A DNA stretch of 64,000 nucleotides from Candidatus Calditenuaceae archaeon HR02 (lineage in GTDB: Archaea; Thermoproteota; Nitrososphaeria_A; Caldarchaeales; Calditenuaceae), in the NCBI GenBank assembly GCA_002898395.1, contig BEHE01000008.1, forward strand, positions 1 through 64,000. The letters are read 5' to 3'. This document shows, in pieces, positions 7,526 to 17,562 of the stretch. Both the position numbers and the translations under genes were made by a program. Position 1 is the first letter of the stretch, and each line of letters starts with the position of its first letter. The notes below the pieces were generated by a model, which was given only the letters and a program-made list of their open reading frames with translations, was not told where the DNA came from and searched no databases.

Positions 7526-10423
7526 ATGAGTACGCGTATACCACTTCAAAGGGTCGGCGAGGATATCTGGCTCATATCGAAGGACTATCGGAGCGACATG
7601 AGGGTTCCGGTGTATGTCTTCGCCTCAGAAAAGTTGCTCCAGAAGATGCAGACCGACCGGACGCTCCTACAGGGGATAAACGTGTCGACCCTGCCCGGCG
7701 TCCAAAAGCATGTCGCAGTACTTCCTGACGCCCATGAGGGGTACGGATTCCCGATCGGCGGCGTGGCAGCGATGGACGCGACCGAGGGGGTCGTCTCTCC
7801 CGGAGGCGTCGGCTACGACATCAACTGCCTTCCGGCTGGGACGATGGTGTTAACCAGTCTGGGGTATAGACTTCCCATCGAAAGGTTCACGGGAAACGAA
7901 GAGGTCGTTTGCGTCGACCAGAAGCGCTCAGTGCCTGCTGGGATCGTATTCGTCATAAAGAAGGGAAGAGACCGGGTGCTTCGGTTGAGGACGAAATCCA
8001 GCTTCGTCCTGACCGCGACCCCGGATCATCCCGTGCTGACGCCGGATGGCATGAAACCGGTGGAGGAGATCAAGCCGGGAGAGAAGATCGCGCTCTTCCC
8101 CTTTGAGGGCGTTGAGTATGAAGATCCTGGGGACTGCATGGTCCTAAACGAAACGGACGTGCCGGAACCCGTCAGGCCCGGGTTGAAGAAGAGGGGGCTG
8201 TTGCCGCTTAAGCTAGATAACCCCAAGCTTCCCTACCTCGCGAGGCTTCTGGGCTATTTCACAGGAGATGGTGCCTTCGATGGTGAAACTACCGTGTTCT
8301 ACGGTAGTGTGGAGGGGCTGGAGGAGATAAGGAGGGACATCGAACGGCTTGGATACAGGACCTCAAAAATCCTTACCCGCAGGAGGCAATACGTCATCAA
8401 TGGCAGGAAATTCATTGGGGCTGAGAGCTCTGTGCGGGTAAGCTCCAGAAGCTTTACCGTGCTCCTGAAGCGCTTGGGCGCACCCGACGGCAGGAAGACG
8501 GACGTAGAGTTCTCTGTGCCTCCTTGGGTCCTGTCAGCACCCAAGTGGATCAAGAGGCTTTACCTCGCGGGGCTATTCGGTGCAGAGCTGAACAAACCTC
8601 AGACGGTGAACGGATACAACTTCCAAGTACCGCAGCTGACGCTGAGCAAGAGACCCGACCTAGAGAGCGATGGCCGGCGATTCTTGGAGCAAATAGCCGA
8701 GCTCCTAAGGGAACTGGGGGTAGAAACGACAGGACTAGTTGCTGCGCAGGATGGGAGAAGCATAAGGCTCAGGCTCCTCATCTCCGAGAGGCCTGAGAAT
8801 TTGGTCAGATTGTGGGGCAGGATCGGATACGAGTATAATCCTCAACGGCGGAGGCTTGCATTGGCTGCCGTCCTTTGGCTTAGGCTTAAGCAAAGCGTCA
8901 TCGACTTGAGGATAAAGGCGCAGGAGATGGCGATCGCGATGGTGGCCGATGGAGCTACGATGAGCGAGATCCGCGAGCACCTCATCAACGAGGTCGTTAA
9001 CGCCAGGTACCTAGAGAGGTCTGTCTATGAGGGTCGGAAGGGAGCACCTTGGGTTCCGAAGGGCTTCCCACGGTTCGAGGATTGGGCTGAGCACCACCTC
9101 GATGGCGACGTAGTGTGGGACGAGGTGGAATCGGTCGAGGAGGCCGGCGAGGTTGATGAAGTCTACGACTTAACTGTTGCCAACCCCGGACACAGCTTCA
9201 TCGCCGAGGGGGTGGTAGTCTCGAACTGTGGTGTCAGGCTTATGGTGACTAATCTAACCGAGAAGGATGTTAGACCGAGGATCACCGAGCTTATCAACAC
9301 CATTTTCAGAAACGTCCCCGCAGGGCTGGGGTCGCGGAGGAGGGACTTCGTCGTTACCCACTCTGACCTTGACAGAATCGCTGTCGAGGGTGCGAGGTAT
9401 GTTGTTGAGAGGTACGGGCTAGGATGGCATGAAGACTATAAACACATCGAGGAGGAGGGGAAATATCCGAGATACCGTTCTGGAAACATACCAGACCCAG
9501 ATCCATCAGTAGTCTCACGAGAGGCTAAGAGTAGAGGAGAGTCTCAGATAGGCACGCTTGGAAGCGGAAACCACTTCCTCGAGATCCAGAAGGTCGACAA
9601 GATTTTTGACAAGGAGGCAGCAGAAGCCATGGGGATTTACACTGAGGGGCAGATAACAATCCTTATACATTGTGGGAGCCGGGGGTATGGGCACCAGATT
9701 TGCAGCGACTATTTGAAACTGATGGAGAGAGCCGTCTCCAAATATAACATCAGGCTCCCAGATAGGGAGCTTGCCTGCACCCCAGCCAGTAGCCCGGAGG
9801 CTACCCAGTACCTCAAAGCCTTTGGCTGCGCCGTAAACTTCGCATTCGCCAATAGGCAAGCAATAAGCCACTGGGTTAGGCAGAGCTTCGAGCAGGTTTT
9901 CAAGAGGCCAGCCGAGGAGATGGATCTGAGAATAGTTTACGATGTCTGCCACAACATTGTAAAGCTTGAGAAACATAAGATCGACGGCGAAACTAGAGAT
10001 GTTTTTGTCCACAGGAAAGGGGCAACGAGGAGTTTCCCAGGCGGCGTAACATACTATTCAGATATGATCCCGGAAACCTACAGAGGCCTTGGCCAGCCAG
10101 TATTTGTGCCTGGGAGTATGGGAACTGCGAGCTGGGTTCTACGGGGTATGCCAGGCTCGCTTGACCTAACCTTCGGCAGCACAGTACATGGAGCAGGGAG
10201 GCAGATGAGCAGGGCCGGGGCGAAAAGACAGTATCGGGGAGACCAGGTTGTCCGCGCCCTGGAGAGCAAGGGAATATACGTTAAGGGCGACACAATAGAT
10301 ACAATCGTGGAGGAGGTTCCGGAGGCCTACAAGAATCCTGACGACGTGGTTGAGGTAGCACACAACGTGGGCATCAGCTCGAAGGTTGCTCGACTAGTTC
10401 CTATAGGCGTCGTTAAAGGATAG
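7526..10423 (+). CDS. rtcB: tRNA-splicing ligase RtcB precursor containing an intein
   Basis: PDAHEGYGFPIGGV, GYDIN/CGVRL, GTLGSGNHFLE, HCGSRG, HRKGAT, PGSMG, HGAGR and EEVPEAYK. Confidence 0.97.
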   Translation: MSTRIPLQRVGEDIWLISKDYRSDMRVPVYVFASEKLLQKMQTDRTLLQGINVSTLPGVQKHVAVLPDAHEGYGFPIGGVAAMDATEGVVSPGGVGYDINCLPAGTMVLTSLGYRLPIERFTGNEEVVCVDQKRSVPAGIVFVIKKGRDRVLRLRTKSSFVLTATPDHPVLTPDGMKPVEEIKPGEKIALFPFEGVEYEDPGDCMVLNETDVPEPVRPGLKKRGLLPLKLDNPKLPYLARLLGYFTGDGAFDGETTVFYGSVEGLEEIRRDIERLGYRTSKILTRRRQYVINGRKFIGAESSVRVSSRSFTVLLKRLGAPDGRKTDVEFSVPPWVLSAPKWIKRLYLAGLFGAELNKPQTVNGYNFQVPQLTLSKRPDLESDGRRFLEQIAELLRELGVETTGLVAAQDGRSIRLRLLISERPENLVRLWGRIGYEYNPQRRRLALAAVLWLRLKQSVIDLRIKAQEMAIAMVADGATMSEIREHLINEVVNARYLERSVYEGRKGAPWVPKGFPRFEDWAEHHLDGDVVWDEVESVEEAGEVDEVYDLTVANPGHSFIAEGVVVSNCGVRLMVTNLTEKDVRPRITELINTIFRNVPAGLGSRRRDFVVTHSDLDRIAVEGARYVVERYGLGWHEDYKHIEEEGKYPRYRSGNIPDPDPSVVSREAKSRGESQIGTLGSGNHFLEIQKVDKIFDKEAAEAMGIYTEGQITILIHCGSRGYGHQICSDYLKLMERAVSKYNIRLPDRELACTPASSPEATQYLKAFGCAVNFAFANRQAISHWVRQSFEQVFKRPAEEMDLRIVYDVCHNIVKLEKHKIDGETRDVFVHRKGATRSFPGGVTYYSDMIPETYRGLGQPVFVPGSMGTASWVLRGMPGSLDLTFGSTVHGAGRQMSRAGAKRQYRGDQVVRALESKGIYVKGDTIDTIVEEVPEAYKNPDDVVEVAHNVGISSKVARLVPIGVVKG
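7826..9226 (+). mobile_element. RtcB intein (467 aa) with LAGLIDADG homing endonuclease
   Basis: Starts CLPAGT; block B TATPDHP; LLGYFTGDG and YLAGLFGAE endonuclease blocks; VYDLTV; ends VVSN before the +1 Cys (TGT at 9227). Confidence 0.95.
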
Positions 10424-10459
10424 CCCATTTAGCACCTCTTATCCAGAAGAGATTTTATA

Positions 10460-11162
10460 GGTGTAACACTCCTCGGAGTCGCCGCCGGTGCTACCCTTTC
10501 CTACCCCGCATCGCTCAACAATGGGCTTGAGATAACACGCCTAGAGATGGGGCTTGGCTCCAAGCTAGCTTTTGTCCCGGACCTCCACTACCACTTGCGG
10601 GGAGAGTGGTATATCGAGACCGCGGCAGATGCTATCAGAAGGGTTGACCCCGACGTTCTAGTTATAGCGGGAGACTTGGTTGATGAGGGGACGCGTGACT
10701 TTGAGGGGCTCAAAGGAATTCTAGGCGAGATAAGCTGTAATGAGAACATTCTGTACTGGGTAATCACGAGTACTGGAGCGGCTACGCGGGGTGGGCAGTA
10801 GCCCTACTGAAGAGGAGCGGCTTTAAGGTCTTGTTCAACGAGTTTACAGAGACCTCGGTTGGCAGGGTGTATGGCTATGATTGGAGTGAAAGTAGAGCCT
10901 ATCCCAGGATAAAGTTTAACGGGCTTGTAATATCCCATGACCCTAACGCTGCTGATAGCTGGAGGGAGACACTCTAATTCTGGCAGGCCACACTCATGGA
11001 GGAGTAAATCTATTCGGTGTGACACTCTACTCCAATTCAAAATATAGCAGGGGTCTATACAACCTCCCCCGCGGGGCTCGGCTCTATGTCTCAAGAGGGC
11101 TCGGGCAGATGCACCTCTTACCGAGAATAAACTCTAGGCCGGAGCTCCTACTCATAGAGTAG
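10460..11162 (+). pseudogene. Frameshifted YkuE/YaeI-like metallophosphoesterase
   Basis: DLH and IAGDLVD in ORF 10547-10801, then VLGNHEYW, ISHDP, LAGHTHGG and VSRGLG...PRINSRPELLLIE* in shifted frames; 5' limit approximate. Confidence 0.85.
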
Positions 11163-11232
11163 GTTGAGTCTCAACAGTTTATCCGGGTGGTGAAAGCCTA
11201 AAAGCCTGAGGAATGTGGCCGTAGCTTGAGGC

Positions 11233-11979
11233 ATGTACCACAAACCCCTCATAACCGCGCATAGGGGGTTCTCAGGCAGATTCCCTGAGAATACTCTGAG
11301 GGCCGTTAAGGAGGCATTGAGGCTGGGCGTTGACGGCATCGAGGTAGATGTGCGGGTCACTAGGGATGGTGTGGTTATATTGATGCACGACGAGACGGTT
11401 GAAAGAACGACGAATGGTAGTGGCAGGGTTAGGGACTTGACTTGGTCCGAGATAAGGCGGCTCGATGCGGGTTCCTGGAAGGGTGAGGAGTTTAGGGGGG
11501 AGCCTGTCCCGAGGCTGGATGATGTGCTGGCCGAGACGGCTGGTAGGATCGTACTACACATAGAGGTGAAGGAGCAGGGTGGGGAGGTGGCGGCACTACG
11601 GATCATCAGAGAGTGTGGGGCCATAGATTGGGTATTGATCACGAGCTTTCACCCTGAAGTCATCAAGAACGCCTACTCCCTAGAGCCAGGAGTAGGGAGA
11701 AGCCTAATCGTAGGGTGGCTTAGAGGTGCAACGGATGTTAAGCCAGGACTATTGGTCCACTGGGCTCTAGCATGCGGAGCCAATGCCCTCGCCCTATATC
11801 ACGGGCACGTGAGTGAAGAGGTCGTATCCTATGCCCATAAAAGACTATTATTAATAGGGGTGTGGACGGTAAACGAGGTAGAAGAGGCAGTGAGGTTAGC
11901 TAGGATGGGCGTCGACAGCATCACAACAGACTATCCAGACATCATGCTTAACTATATGAAGGGAAGAAGGATAACATGA
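11233..11979 (+). CDS. Glycerophosphodiester phosphodiesterase (GDPD/UgpQ family)
   Basis: AHRGFS..PENT, EVDV, MHD..VERTT, IEVK, WTVN and ITTDYP. Confidence 0.93.
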   Translation: MYHKPLITAHRGFSGRFPENTLRAVKEALRLGVDGIEVDVRVTRDGVVILMHDETVERTTNGSGRVRDLTWSEIRRLDAGSWKGEEFRGEPVPRLDDVLAETAGRIVLHIEVKEQGGEVAALRIIRECGAIDWVLITSFHPEVIKNAYSLEPGVGRSLIVGWLRGATDVKPGLLVHWALACGANALALYHGHVSEEVVSYAHKRLLLIGVWTVNEVEEAVRLARMGVDSITTDYPDIMLNYMKGRRIT

Positions 11980-11985
11980 GGGAGG

Positions 11986-12060
11986 GGGCCCGTGGCCTAG
12001 CATGGATAGGGCGCCGGCCTCCGGAGCCGGAAGTCCTGGGTTCAAGTCCCAGCGGGCCCG
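11986..12060 (+). tRNA. tRNA-Arg(CCG), no intron, CCA not encoded
   Basis: Acceptor stem GGGCCCG/CGGGCCC, anticodon arm CCGGC-CTCCGGA-GCCGG, T arm CTGGG-TTCAAGT-CCCAG. Confidence 0.97.
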
Positions 12061-12181
12061 CTTTAAAAATTATAGATGTTTGAATGTGGTAAGCGAGACG
12101 CCCAAAGCGCCGATTCCGTCGCGCGGCTTCGCGGACGAATTGAATGTGGGAATAAGTTGATTGTTAGATGAGGAAATATCA

Positions 12182-12679
12182 TTATTCAGACTTGTTTGTA
12201 TGGCTTTTTTTAATTCTATTAGTTATCCTTTGTATGATAATTGGTGTAAGCAGATATATTATGGCGGCTATTATATTGAGGGGTTTAAAAAACACGTAGG
12301 GCATTGCTTCATAGATCTGGTTGGTTATCACAGCTATTTTTCCTCTTATATCGATCAGAGTCTGTGAGTAGGCGGCACTTTGGCGTGGAATGTCTGTTAG
12401 GCTTTTTAATCTGTCAATTATCGCGTAAATATCGTTTCTTATCAAGGCAAAGTCAGTTCTCTGTGTAGGGAATATCCAGACGGGATTTCCTTCGTGAGGT
12501 ATGAGGTCCAGCGCTTGATCAACATAAGCAGCCATCTCTTCAGAGTATCCAGCCGTCTGGGCTCTGCTGAGGAAGCCGGCCGCCTGCTCAAGCGGGTAAA
12601 CGTCTTGGACGTACGCAGCAGCTGTTAGAGCCGCGCCCACCAACAAATATATAAATACATAGAGTAGTTTCCTATGCAT
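12182..12679 (-). CDS. Two-TM protein homologous to the C-terminal domain of the adjacent GT2
   Basis: VYPLE...GNPVWIFPTQRTDFALIRND aligns with GT2 VYPIE...GNPVWLLPTASTDYQLIRHD; overlaps the GT2 stop. Confidence 0.8.
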   Translation of the reverse strand: MHRKLLYVFIYLLVGAALTAAAYVQDVYPLEQAAGFLSRAQTAGYSEEMAAYVDQALDLIPHEGNPVWIFPTQRTDFALIRNDIYAIIDRLKSLTDIPRQSAAYSQTLIDIRGKIAVITNQIYEAMPYVFFKPLNIIAAIIYLLTPIIIQRITNRIKKSHTNKSE

Positions 12680-14636
12680 GACTTTCTTTCACCGTGAAGT
12701 AAAAAAGCGAGAATACTGCAATAAGTGATGCCGATAGGTTCCAGAGGCTAAGCCATGCAAACGGTTGTAGACGCCGCAACTGGCTAAGTACTTCTGTTAA
12801 GGCATATCTCGCATCTTCTGTGACAGAGTGGTAAGAGAGGTAATCGTTTTTGTATGTATTTGCGAGCCTTATTTTAATGGATTGCAAATCATGTCTAATG
12901 AGCTGGTAGTCTGTGCTCGCAGTAGGTAGCAACCATACTGGGTTACCTTGTGATGGGAGGTGAGCAAGAGCATCGTCAAGATGTTTAACCATGTAAATGT
13001 TATCTACAGAGGATGAGGCCCTTTCAATAGCTGCGATGGTCATTTCTATTGGATACACGATTGCCGCAAAAGAATGGAAAATAATAACCACAAACACCGC
13101 CGCTAAAGCAATAGTTAGAACAGTGGTACGTGGCCTGGAGTGTGTTTGCTTGCTTCGATGTGCTGTCTGGATTATTGATGCAAAAACAGTGTAAAAAAGG
13201 GAGCTAGAATATAATATGGTTAGGGGAAGGAAGTAAAATGCTCTTGTATAGAAACAGTATAGAGAGGCGTAGAGGCTGTATACACCCATTGCGATGTCAA
13301 AGACGATGTTGGGTTCGTTCAAGAGGGCGTAGCTACTCGCTCGCCAGTCGCCTTTTTTACCAACTATGCCGAACTTCGGAGTCCTCTCAAACTCTAAATC
13401 TTTTTTCAGAAATGCACGGATGACAGCCAACGAGTTGTTAACTGACATGCCCATCCCCCATACAAACATTAACAGCACATCTTTAACAAATTTTAGCAGG
13501 CTGTGGTATGTTTTTTTATAATAGGTTCGGGCTGTGATGAAAAGCGCTGAAATTAATAACAATGGATACAACGCCATCCATCCAAGCATCACGTCTAAGC
13601 GAGCTTGAATCCCCGAGCTTATAACTAAGGGGATCATCAGGACCTGGGCAGTTAAGAGTAACTGAGGTAAATGCCTGGTAAGATGAATTAGGACATGTAT
13701 CTTAACGATACTGGGGATACGTGATAAGAGTATTTGAGACATGTATCTTATAGCTGTTTGAATCGAGCCGTAAGCCCATCTATATTGCTGCCTGCGCACA
13801 GCTTTCATCTGCACGGGAACTTCTGCCGGAACGATTAAATCATCAACATAAACAATACGCCAACCTTTTAGCTGAGCCCTATAACTCAGGTCAAGGTCCT
13901 CAGCTAGGGAGTTAATCCATCCACCAGCGTCCTCTATGCATGCCCTTCTCCAAACACCGGCCGTGCCGTTGAAATTCAAAAAATACCTGGATGAACGCCC
14001 TCTCTGCTCAATAGTGAAATGGAGGTCTAGGCTGAGTGCCTGTGCGGCTGTTAAGGGGGAGTAATCTCTGTTTAGATGCCCCCACCTTGCCTGAACTACC
14101 CCAATCCTGCTATCTGTGAAGTAGTGGAGGATTTGTATTAGAAAGTTTGGCTGGGGGATGAAGTCTGCGTCAAAGATGGCTATAAACTCGCCGCTCGAGT
14201 TTTGGAGCGCATACTGTAGTGCGCCTGCCTTGAACCCACTCCTATCACTGCGTTTAATGTGGACAATGTTTATCCCTTTGGCTCTATACTTTCTGACAAG
14301 TTCTTCACATATGGCAGATGTTTCATCAACGGAGTCGTCTATGATTACTATCTCAAGCTTGCTTGATGGGTAGATAAGGTTGCACACAGCTTCTATCAGC
14401 CTCCCTACAACGTGTTTCTCATTAAAGATTGGTAGATGAACAGAGACTTTTGGATATTGCTGAAGCATCATCCTTGGCGGCTGAGTGTATCGTCGCGATA
14501 AAATGAGTAGATGAATATATGCCACCATGTAGAGTGGGAGTATAACTGAAATAGCCAAGAAAGTGAAGGTTATCATAGATTGTATAAAAGCCATTGCTTT
14601 GTAATTGAGGGAGGGAGGAAAAAAGAGTTTCCCCAA
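12672..14636 (-). CDS. Processive GT2 glycosyltransferase (cellulose synthase-like, CslA/C type) with an extra C-terminal domain
   Basis: DDS, GFKAGAL, IFDADF, FNGTAGVWR, AEDLDL and QQYRW motifs plus multiple TM helices. Confidence 0.92.
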   Translation of the reverse strand: MGKLFFPPSLNYKAMAFIQSMITFTFLAISVILPLYMVAYIHLLILSRRYTQPPRMMLQQYPKVSVHLPIFNEKHVVGRLIEAVCNLIYPSSKLEIVIIDDSVDETSAICEELVRKYRAKGINIVHIKRSDRSGFKAGALQYALQNSSGEFIAIFDADFIPQPNFLIQILHYFTDSRIGVVQARWGHLNRDYSPLTAAQALSLDLHFTIEQRGRSSRYFLNFNGTAGVWRRACIEDAGGWINSLAEDLDLSYRAQLKGWRIVYVDDLIVPAEVPVQMKAVRRQQYRWAYGSIQTAIRYMSQILLSRIPSIVKIHVLIHLTRHLPQLLLTAQVLMIPLVISSGIQARLDVMLGWMALYPLLLISALFITARTYYKKTYHSLLKFVKDVLLMFVWGMGMSVNNSLAVIRAFLKKDLEFERTPKFGIVGKKGDWRASSYALLNEPNIVFDIAMGVYSLYASLYCFYTRAFYFLPLTILYSSSLFYTVFASIIQTAHRSKQTHSRPRTTVLTIALAAVFVVIIFHSFAAIVYPIEMTIAAIERASSSVDNIYMVKHLDDALAHLPSQGNPVWLLPTASTDYQLIRHDLQSIKIRLANTYKNDYLSYHSVTEDARYALTEVLSQLRRLQPFAWLSLWNLSASLIAVFSLFYFTVKESHA

Positions 14637-14749
14637 ATCTAGTCTGGAGTAATATTATATGTGGCCGTCTACATTTAAACATCGTTTAAATATCTTTAAC
14701 GTCGTTAAATCTCGGAAAAACATTATCTACAAAACCCAAAAGCCGCTGA

Positions 14750-15529
14750 ATGATGAGTAGACCAGTCGAGAGGCTTTTCTTCACACTCGACACTCCTTCT
14801 TGCCCGTTGCACGAGATTGATGGCGTTGTACGTGGACTTGTTCCTGTTTTAGATGGTTTAGCTTTGATCGGTGAGGGGATGGGGCTGGGCGGTGTTGTGG
14901 GGATATTAGGTAGAAGGACTCTTTTCCCCCTCACGGCGGAGACACATCAATTTAGTAGTGGATTCATATCTAGAGAAATCCAATTAAATGGCGTATCGTT
15001 AAAATATCTCTCAAAAGCATGCGTCGATAAGCCATACAGAAAGCTAAAGACCCTTTTGTCACCACTCTACCTCCAAAGTAAGGTGTTTAGGCCGCTATAC
15101 ATCATGTTAATGGCAGGACGTACATTAATACGTGTAAAAAGCCGTTACATACGGCTTAAGAAATATGGAGCAGTCCATATGATGTATAGAATAAACGGTT
15201 CAGAGGTCGAAGTTACTGCAAGGCGAGAGACACCCAAAAGTATGCGCATCCTTGTCGCAAATGAGCTATCAGGGCGGTTGTTCACACACCTGATGATCGA
15301 CGGAGTGAAGAAATTCCTGCCACCTTGGATGAAACTTGAAAATAGAGATGTAGAACTAGTTTCACCGTCTCTAAAGCTATCGATGATTATTGATAGGCCA
15401 GATGATGTTAAGTCCTTCGCCGGTAGGGAGGTACTTGGCAACCGCCTCGACTGGGCTGGGATAAGTTTAGAATTTCCGGAAGAGGAAGATATACTTCACT
15501 ACCGTCTGGTGTTTAAAGAGCTTGAATGA
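14750..15529 (+). CDS. Hypothetical protein
   Basis: 259-aa ORF overlapping the start of the radical SAM gene; no recognised motif. Confidence 0.6.
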   Translation: MMSRPVERLFFTLDTPSCPLHEIDGVVRGLVPVLDGLALIGEGMGLGGVVGILGRRTLFPLTAETHQFSSGFISREIQLNGVSLKYLSKACVDKPYRKLKTLLSPLYLQSKVFRPLYIMLMAGRTLIRVKSRYIRLKKYGAVHMMYRINGSEVEVTARRETPKSMRILVANELSGRLFTHLMIDGVKKFLPPWMKLENRDVELVSPSLKLSMIIDRPDDVKSFAGREVLGNRLDWAGISLEFPEEEDILHYRLVFKELE

Positions 15530-16901
15530 CTTAACACTTATTTTTCCATACTTCGATGACGGTAGGTCAAAGTCTTTTAAGTTTCCACCGCTAGGCATAG
15601 GTTATATTGCATCATATATTAGAATGCATGGATATAAAGTCAAAGTTATTGACTGTACATTCAAAAAACCTGATGACGTTATAAGAGAAGCGTCTCAGTC
15701 AAAGGTAGTAGGCATCTACAGCATGCTTTCAATGGTGAAGCCTGCATTGGATATAGCCTCAAGATTAAGGGAGAAGGTAGAACTACTTGTCGCCGGCGGA
15801 CCCATGCCCTCTGCCTATCCTATAAAATTCCTCAACCTATTTGATATCGTGGTTCAAGGTGAAGGTGAAGAGACAGTGCTTGAGCTGATGAGGGAATTCG
15901 ACAACGGCATGAAATTCCAGCGCGTGAAAGGTCTACACATTTCTAGGCAATTTTTAAAAAATATCGTTCCAGACGATCCAATAAGCGGTGAGAATCACTT
16001 CTTCACAGGACAAAGGCCTCTCATAAAAAATTTAGACGCCTTACCCTTCCCTGCCAGAGACCTATATGACAATGATCTCTACAAGCAATATTATCTCCGA
16101 AACTATGGCTATACCATGACCTCAATGATAGCCTCTCGAGGCTGTCCATTTTCATGCAGTTTTTGTTGGAGGCCCGATTATGGTCGCGTTTATCGTACAA
16201 GAACCCCAGAAAATATAGTCGATGAGATGGAGGAAATACGTTATAAGTTTGGATATGAAAGGATATGGTTCGCTGATGAGTTGTTTATAGCCAGCAAAAA
16301 ACATGTTCTACGGCTATGTCAAGAAATAATGGATAGGAAGCTAGACATCCTATGGGAGTGCTTAGCTAGAGCCGATTTGATCGACGCAGAAGTCGTTAAA
16401 GCCATGAAACGCGCCGGATGCCACAAAATAATTTTCGGACTCGAGGCCGGAGATGATCGGACACTTCAACTCATGAACAAAAGACTGACAGTTGAGCAGT
16501 CTAAGAAAGCGGTTTATACGAGTGTTAAGGCCGGCATAAAAGTCGGCGCCTTTTTCATACTCGGATATCCTGGTGAGACAAACGAGACAATGCTAAAAAC
16601 AATAAAAATGGCGTCAAGCCTCCCCCTTGACTATTTCTCCATGACAATACCATATCCACTTCCTGGAACCAAACTCTATGAGATGGTTAGAGATAAGATG
16701 CTCGTGGAGGAATGGGAAAAACCTCTTCACGGGTATGATCACCGCCTACTCTTTAAACATGACTTCAGCTTAGAGAAACTCAAGTATGGTATGTGGAAAG
16801 CCGTGACCCAAGCCAAACTAAGGAAAAAGCTTGGACCGTTTTATGTATTACTGAAGCCGTGGGAATTATACACCGATCATAAGTTCAAGAAGATGCTTTA
16901 A
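15522..16901 (+). CDS. B12-binding radical SAM enzyme (BchE-like / class B)
   Basis: PPLGIGYIA, VAGGP and VVQGEGE cobalamin-binding domain; SRGCPFSCSFC; FADE; FFILGYPGET; PLPGT. Confidence 0.92.
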   Translation: MNDLTLIFPYFDDGRSKSFKFPPLGIGYIASYIRMHGYKVKVIDCTFKKPDDVIREASQSKVVGIYSMLSMVKPALDIASRLREKVELLVAGGPMPSAYPIKFLNLFDIVVQGEGEETVLELMREFDNGMKFQRVKGLHISRQFLKNIVPDDPISGENHFFTGQRPLIKNLDALPFPARDLYDNDLYKQYYLRNYGYTMTSMIASRGCPFSCSFCWRPDYGRVYRTRTPENIVDEMEEIRYKFGYERIWFADELFIASKKHVLRLCQEIMDRKLDILWECLARADLIDAEVVKAMKRAGCHKIIFGLEAGDDRTLQLMNKRLTVEQSKKAVYTSVKAGIKVGAFFILGYPGETNETMLKTIKMASSLPLDYFSMTIPYPLPGTKLYEMVRDKMLVEEWEKPLHGYDHRLLFKHDFSLEKLKYGMWKAVTQAKLRKKLGPFYVLLKPWELYTDHKFKKML

Positions 16902-17562
16902 GCCAAACATATGTAACAACCATGAGAGCTATGTTCTGGGGTAGCGCGAGCGGATAGCCAGCCACTAAAGAAAAAACAATCAATACAGAAAGTGTCAGGA
17001 ACGAGACTATACGTCTCTTAAAACGTGTCAAAATTAGAAGCGATAGAGAAACTTCGAATAAACCAAGGCATAGTACAGTCAAGTCAAGGAGACCTGCGGG
17101 TATAAGGAAAGAGGTTATAACATTTCCAGCAAGATATGATTTGAAATGAAGAGGGTTCCGGAACGCATCTAATCCCCACTCAATGAAGGGATATGCCAAG
17201 CCAAGTCTCAGTAGAGCATCTTGAATTGTCCTACGTTTATCTGACGACAGTTTAGGGGCATACGGCACTAGGACGGATAGTGTGATGCCAAGTATCCCGA
17301 CTGTCTGAGGCTCAGCTATAGGCGCGATAGGTTTGACAAAGAACCAATAGTAGGTTAGAAGAATAGACCCTAAAAAAGCACCGTACTTCTCACGAGTCAG
17401 TAGCAAGAGGAAGATTATAAAATGTACGAACGCGAATAAAGCAGGCATGATAGGTTTAGAAACATACCTACTAGGCTCTAGTAGAAGGGATAGGCCCCAA
17501 AAAATATGTGTCACCGCTAACCCAGGAACGATTATTTTCAGATCCACCACCTCCACGGACAC
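16885..17562 (-). CDS. DoxX-like membrane protein with internal duplication
   Basis: Two similar units, PGLAVTHIFWGLSLLLEP and RLGLAYPFIEWGLDAFRNP, plus GLFEV. Confidence 0.55.
   Translation of the reverse strand: MSVEVVDLKIIVPGLAVTHIFWGLSLLLEPSRYVSKPIMPALFAFVHFIIFLLLLTREKYGAFLGSILLTYYWFFVKPIAPIAEPQTVGILGITLSVLVPYAPKLSSDKRRTIQDALLRLGLAYPFIEWGLDAFRNPLHFKSYLAGNVITSFLIPAGLLDLTVLCLGLFEVSLSLLILTRFKRRIVSFLTLSVLIVFSLVAGYPLALPQNIALMVVTYVWLKASS

Noticed and set aside
15522-16901. Specific assignment as GDGT ring synthase or hopanoid methylase
   Set aside because: The visible motifs are shared across B12 radical SAM enzymes; assignment needs a phylogeny.
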